In this document: positions 58,716-64,000 of the stretch, one piece after another | Position numbering within the stretch: the stretch's first letter is position 1 | How the letters are laid out: each line of letters begins with the position of its first letter | Source of the DNA: a bacterium | GTDB lineage: Bacteria; UBA8248 | Assembly: GCA_965213625.1 (NCBI GenBank) | Contig: CBDBZU010000004.1 | Coordinates: 3,360,001 to 3,424,000, forward strand | DNA length: 64,000 nucleotides | Direction of reading: 5' to 3' | The notes under the pieces: generated by a model | The model's database searches: none | What the model saw: only the letters and a program-made list of their open reading frames with translations | Told to the model about the DNA's origin: nothing | Program-made: the position numbers and the translations under genes

Positions 58716-59828
58716 ATGAGCACGACGCCGCAAGCCGCGAAATCGCCCATGCCGGTCACCGAATCCATCCTCGGCATGGTGGACGCCGACATCCACCACG
58801 TACCGCCCTCGTTGGACGCCCTCAAGCCCTATCTGCCGCTCGTGTGGCAGAATTACGTGGAAGAGACCGACTATACGAAGCTGCCGAACGCCCCTTATCC
58901 CAAGACGGCGGGCGGCGGCGTGCGCAAAGACGCCATTACGCCGGACGGCCCGGCGGGTTCGAGCCTCTCGATGCTGCAGGAACAGGTGCTGGACGCCTAC
59001 GGGGTGAGCTACGGGGTGCTGAACGGGGCGTATTACAACGTCTCCTTCATGGGAATCCCAGAGTTTGGTGCAGCCATGGCGCGCGCGCACAACGACTGGA
59101 CGATTGAGCACTGGCTCGAAAAAGACGAGCGCCTAAGAGGCGCCATCACCGTATCGCACCATGACCCAATGCACGCGGTGGACGAGATAAAGCGCGTCGG
59201 CGAGCGCGACGACATGGCGCAGGTGCTCTTCCCGGCGGGTTCGCACGCCCCTTACGGACAGAGGCGGTATCACCCTATCTACGAGGCGGCGGAAGAGCGC
59301 GGGCTCCCTATCGGCATCCATTTCGGGGGTACGGGCGCAGGCAACGCGCCGCCGCCCACAGCTTCTGGCTGGCCCACCTACTACATCGAGTGGCACACGG
59401 CGATGAGCCAGGCCTTCATGACGCATGTGGTGAGCTTCATCTGCGAGGGCGTGTTCGAGCTGTTCCCGAAGCTGAAAGTCGTGCTGATCGAGGGCGGACT
59501 ATCGTGGATTCCGGGGCTTCTCTGGCGGCTGGACAAGAACTACCGGGGGATGCGCGCCGAGGTGCCCTGGCTCAGGAAGCTGCCGAGCGAGTATTTTTAC
59601 GAGCACTTCCGGGTGACGAGCCAGCCCATCGAGGAACCCGAAAAAGACGAGCATCTCGTCCAGATATTCGAGATGGTCCACGCCGAGAAAATCCTGCTCT
59701 TCGCCACCGACTACCCCCACTGGGATTTCGACTCCCCCGTCCACGCCCTGCCGCGCCAAGTGGACGCAGAGCTGCGCGAGCGCATCATGCGCGAGAATGC
59801 GACAGAGCTTTACGGGCTTAAGGGTTAG
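58716..59828 (+). CDS. Amidohydrolase 2 family protein
   Basis: AAGGAGG SD; [46 protein letters not shown]. Confidence 0.92.
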   Translation: MSTTPQAAKSPMPVTESILGMVDADIHHVPPSLDALKPYLPLVWQNYVEETDYTKLPNAPYPKTAGGGVRKDAITPDGPAGSSLSMLQEQVLDAYGVSYGVLNGAYYNVSFMGIPEFGAAMARAHNDWTIEHWLEKDERLRGAITVSHHDPMHAVDEIKRVGERDDMAQVLFPAGSHAPYGQRRYHPIYEAAEERGLPIGIHFGGTGAGNAPPPTASGWPTYYIEWHTAMSQAFMTHVVSFICEGVFELFPKLKVVLIEGGLSWIPGLLWRLDKNYRGMRAEVPWLRKLPSEYFYEHFRVTSQPIEEPEKDEHLVQIFEMVHAEKILLFATDYPHWDFDSPVHALPRQVDAELRERIMRENATELYGLKG

Positions 59829-60032
59829 GGGTTCTTGAAAAAGCCCACTATGCGTCCGGTCGGCGGCGTGATGATCCCGTAGGGACAGGCCTCCGTGCCT
59901 GTCCGAGGCCCCCCGCGCCTGTTTTGATTGTAACCATCCTGCAAAGGACAACCACAGAGGGTAGGACAACCCCGAGGAGGGGTTGTCCCTACAACCGCCA
60001 TTCCTCCTTCTGCGGACTTTTTCAACAACCCC
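59828..60032. mobile_element. MITE-like element with TIRs, 5-bp target duplication and REP cargo
   Basis: ggggttcttgaaaaa ... tttttcaacaacccc flanked by GGTTA at 59823-59827 and 60033-60037. Confidence 0.8.
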
Positions 60033-60157
60033 GGTTAGGGGGGAGGAATAGAGATTCCTCCCCCCGGCGAGAACTCTTCTCGCTTCCGGTTATCATTCGG
60101 GTTTCACTCCGCATTCGCCTTTTTCGCGCGTTGCGGTGGCCGGCCCCTGCGAGCCAG

Positions 60158-63100
60158 TTACCAGCGTCTGGCGCCTTGCAGCAGGATTGCGCCTTGCCTC
60201 TCCCTGTCCGAGGCGGATTCTTTGAGGCTCGCCTCGAGGTCAAGTGTGGTCATGGCGCCGATCTGCCAGCGCGCGCCGGCGCGCCAGGTCTCCGCGTTCT
60301 CCGAGACCGCCACGCCCGTATACGGCGTGAGCAGCCCGCGCGGGGCGTCGAGGCCGTAGGAGACCTCGGCGTCGAAACGTGAGTCGGCCTCGAAGCTCCC
60401 CGCGCCGAAGCCGCCGAAGCGCTGCTCCCAAAGCCTTTCCGCGCCGCCCGATACCGCCCCCCAGGCGGAGCCCAGCCGCACCGAAAGCCCGCGTCCGTCC
60501 TCACCCGGCTCCACGCGCATCGAGCCGCTCACGCCCCATTCCTCGTAATCGCGCACCTCGTGCGAAAGAAGCCCCCGCGCGCTCACCTCCAGGGTGAGGC
60601 CGATGGCGGGACGGCGGTAGCGCAACCCGCCCCCCACCTCCAGGCCGCTTCCCTCGTCCGCGTCGCCCCCATCGAAGCGAAAGCCGAATTCGAGCGTGGG
60701 TTCGAGCACGCCTCCCGCCCCGAACCTGTAGCTGCGCGCGCCCTCGAGGAGCAGCCGCAGGCGGCTCGTGTCCGTCTCGCCGTCCAGGAGGCCGCCCGCG
60801 CCACCGGAGTTCGAACGCGCCGAGACGAACAGGGCGTCGGAGCGGACCGCGAGTTCGACCCCCAGCGGGTTCGAGGCGCCCAGCACGACCCCGCGTCCGC
60901 CGAACGCCGCCATCTGCATCACCGTGTTCGCCTCGATGTCGGCGCCGCCGCCCGGGGTCAGCGTCATCTCCCCCTGCCCGTGACCGAGGATGCCCCACAC
61001 CGAGAGACGCTCGCTCACATCGTAGCGCACGAAGGGATAAAAGCCCGTGATCACGCTCTTCACGTCGCCCCCGCACCCCGAAGCGCACCCTGCGCCCTGG
61101 CGGAACGAACCGTCGCCCTGGCTGCGCGAGAGCGCCATGCCGAATATCCATCGCTCCCATTCGTAGTCGAGCCCCAGCGTCGCCGTCACAACCTCGCCGT
61201 CGATGGAGACCGCGTCTTCACGCGCGTCGAACCTCGATTTCGCCCCCCGGCCCCACACCGACCAGCGCGCGTTCTTTTGCCGGTTCTTCGCGGACGCCAG
61301 GTGGAACGAACTCTCCAGCAGCAGCTCGGGCATCGAGACCTCGCGCACCGAAGGCGGCGGCGCTTCTTCCCTGCGCAGGAACCTCTCTTCGGTTCCGTAC
61401 GAATATTCTTCCGAGAAGCGCGCCGCGAAGGCCTCGCGCTCCGCCTCACCGCCCAGGGCGAGGCTTTGCCCGCCCAGCATTACGCGCGTACCAGCGCCTC
61501 CTCGGAATCACTCCATCACCGCGTCAGCCACGTGCTCCACCGCCGTCCGCGAGAAGCGCGAGAGCCACGCCCGTGTGAGAGCGTCGAACCGCCCCGAAGT
61601 CGAGGGCGCCGACCACTCGCTCGGCATCTCGCCGTTGCGCGCACGCACCCGCACCTCGTAGACCGCATCCGCATCGAGACCCGTGATCCGCGTACGCAAG
61701 CCCGCGCCCGCGTGCGGCCAGTCCGTCCATGCGCCGCCCGCGCCCCGGCGGTACTGCACGTCGTAACCCGTGATGTCGGGACCCCCGTTCAGCCCGGGTT
61801 TCATCCACGTCGCCTCCAGGCTCGTCGGCATCGCCTCATCCTCCGCCACTACCGGCGGGTGGGGCGTCGCCGGCTTCTCGGCCACGTCGGCGACCTCGAT
61901 GGTCACCCGGACCGCGGCCGAGCCGCCCGCACCGTCTTCCGCGCGGACGACCACCGAATACGAAGCCTGCGTCTCGTGGTCGTAGTCCACCCCCGCCCTG
62001 GTCCGTATCTGGCCCGTCGCGCCGTCGATGGCGAACGAACCGCCGTCCGCCCCCTCGAGCGTGTAGGCGAGCGCGCCGCCGCTTGGGTCGTTCGCCGCCA
62101 CCGGCTCACCCACGGCCGCGCCCGCGGGCGCGTTCTCCGGCACCTGCCGCGTCAGCGACTCGCCCGCAAAGTCGGGGACGGAGCCGCCCGGGGGCGTTTC
62201 CGCGGCGTCGTCATCCACAAGCTCCACCGTCGCCGTCGCCGGGGCGCCAATCGTCACGCCGGCGGGCGGCGCGCCGAAGCCCAGAACAACGCTCTCGCCG
62301 TCGTCGTTCTCCGCGTCGTCCACCGCCGTCACCATGAACGTCTTGCTCATCTCGCCGGCGGCGAAGGTCAGCGACGCCGGCACGCCCGACCAGTCCGCTT
62401 CCGTCGCGCCGTTCTGGCCCGTCGCGCTCAGGTCCAACGTCACGGGCGCGGCAAGCGGCGGGCTCAGCCTCACCGACACCATCGCCACATCGCCGCCTTC
62501 CGCAGCCGTATACGCCGACGCCCCGAACCGGAACATCGATGCGCCCGGCGATCCCGTCCGCCCGCTGCCGGGTAGCGACCAGGTGCCGTCGCCGTCCGCG
62601 TTGGTCGCGCGCACCCGCACCTGGTAGAGCGTGTCCTGCGTGAGACCCGTAATCTCCGCATTCAGGCGGGTCACGTCCTGCGGACCGTTCGTCCACGACC
62701 CCGACGCGCCCGCCCGGTATTGCAGGTCGTAGCTCGCGATCTGGGGCCGACCGGTGTTGGCCGGCGCGCTCCAGGCGACGTCGAGGACCGAAACGCCGTC
62801 CGCCGCCGCACCCGGCGCAGCCGGCGCGATGGGCGGCTCGTTCGCGTCGTTCGTCACGTCCACGGTCACCCCGATCGAGACGTTCACCGTGTCGTTGGAG
62901 ACCGTGACCGTCAACGCATAGCTCGCCTTCTCCTCGTGGTCGTAGCGCTCACCGGCCTTCGTCCGGACCTGGCCGCTCGACGATACGATGTCGAACTTCT
63001 CCGCGTCCGTCCCCGCGAGGGTGTAGACCAGCGTGTCGCCGGCGTCGCCGTCCGTCGCCGAAACGGGGTTCCCGACGTCGCGCGCGTTCTGCTCGACGGC

Positions 63101-64000
63101 ATCGCCCGCCGTCTCGGCGATGCTGCGCGTAGCGCTCGCGCCGTCACTGAACACCGGCGGGTCGTTGCTGCCGTCAGACGCGATCGTCCCCGTTACGGGG
63201 CTCTCGAGCGGACCCTCGGCGTTACCCCTGTCGTCGGTGAAGCTCACCTTCACCTTGACGGTCTTGCCCTCGTCGTCGTTCGTAAGCGTATAGGTATTCG
63301 ACGTGGCGCCGGTGATGTCGGTCTCCGAGCCGCCGTCCACGCGGACCCACTGGTAGGCGTAGGCGAAGCCGGCTTCGCCGCCGTCGGCCTTCGTCTTGCC
63401 GTCTTCATCCGTTATCCCGTCCGTCGACGCCGTGAGCGTCTGGCCCGCCTGCGCGGCGCCCGAAATCGAGGGCATACCCGCCGCAGCTCTGTTGGGGCGA
63501 CCCGCAACCGTCCCGCTGGAGGGGTACGCGCCGCTTTCGAGCGGACCCTCCTCCTTGCCGCCGTCGTCCTTGAAGCTCACCTTCACCTTGACACTCTTGC
63601 CCTCGTCCTCGTCCGTGAGGGTGTAGGTATTCGACGTGGCGCCGGTGATGTCGGTCTCCGAGCCGCCGTCCACGCGGACCCACTGGTAAGTGTAGGCGAA
63701 GCCGATGTCGCCGTTCACGGCCTTCGTAGTGCCGTCGGCGTCTGATATCCCGCTCGTCGACGCCGTGAGCGACTGGCCCACCTGCGCCGCGCCCGAAATC
63801 GCAGGCGCGCCCGCGGGAACGGCGTCGGCCCTGCAGCGCGCACCGGCCCGTTCTTCGTAGCCACAGCTGGTGATGACGCCGAATCCCGGATGGCTGCAGT
63901 CCGCCAGCGAGTTCTCGTTCCCGTTGCACGCCACCTCGTCGAGCCAGAACTGGGTATTAACAAAATTGGCGAAGTACGAACCCCAGGTATGAGAGTTGGC
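60158..64000 (-). pseudogene. Large autotransporter adhesin (SRCR, 2 Ig-like repeats, cadherin x2, FN3 x2, Calx-beta-like, beta-barrel) with in-frame TGA at 61508-61510; 5' end outside the window
   Basis: FWLDEVACNGNE..L.DC..PG.G...C...E.AGARC; YQWVRVDG repeats; YDHE...SY cadherin; YDLQYR/YQVRVRA FN3; barrel GLDY, GSGLEVGGGLRY, terminal W; both ORFs in one frame. Confidence 0.82.

Noticed and set aside
14696-61510. TGA recoding (Trp/Gly/Sec) suggested by two in-frame TGA codons
   Set aside because: TGA ends many intact genes here (e.g. 1429, 16605, 38609, 47523); each case has a simpler local cause
60560-63745. Plus-strand ORFs of 671 and 341 aa
   Set aside because: Antisense shadows of the autotransporter

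Overview
GC-rich bacterial chromosomal window with about 50 CDS and no rRNA, tRNA or CRISPR that I can support. Most genes are catabolic or transport genes: an acyl-CoA mutase, a W/Mo aldehyde:ferredoxin oxidoreductase, QueE, SDRs, a carbamate kinase/BMP-ABC/cyclase/FdrA/YlbE purine-type cluster, a peptide-type ABC system, a TAXI-TRAP/VOC/citrate synthase/aconitase/PrpF operon, and tandem pairs of MBL hydrolases, acyl-CoA synthetases and TauE exporters. Surface proteins include two TbpB-like lipoproteins and a large SRCR/cadherin/FN3/Calx-beta autotransporter interrupted by one TGA. This content resembles host-associated (e.g. sponge) symbionts, which is inference only. Intergenic DNA is crowded with several nested palindromic repeat families, MITE-like units and a RAYT transposase broken by a palindrome. 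The most unusual feature is the leader of the lipoprotein operon (13403-13938). It holds three tandem ~61-nt hairpins, each a copy of the gene's own ribosome-binding region, sequestering an SD+ATG and carrying an 11-codon mini-ORF register, with G-U pairing only on the coding strand. A second candidate system is a three-copy small membrane/coiled-coil protein family with its own conserved promoter and variable 11-aa repeats. All assignments come from motif reading by eye; no searches were run.
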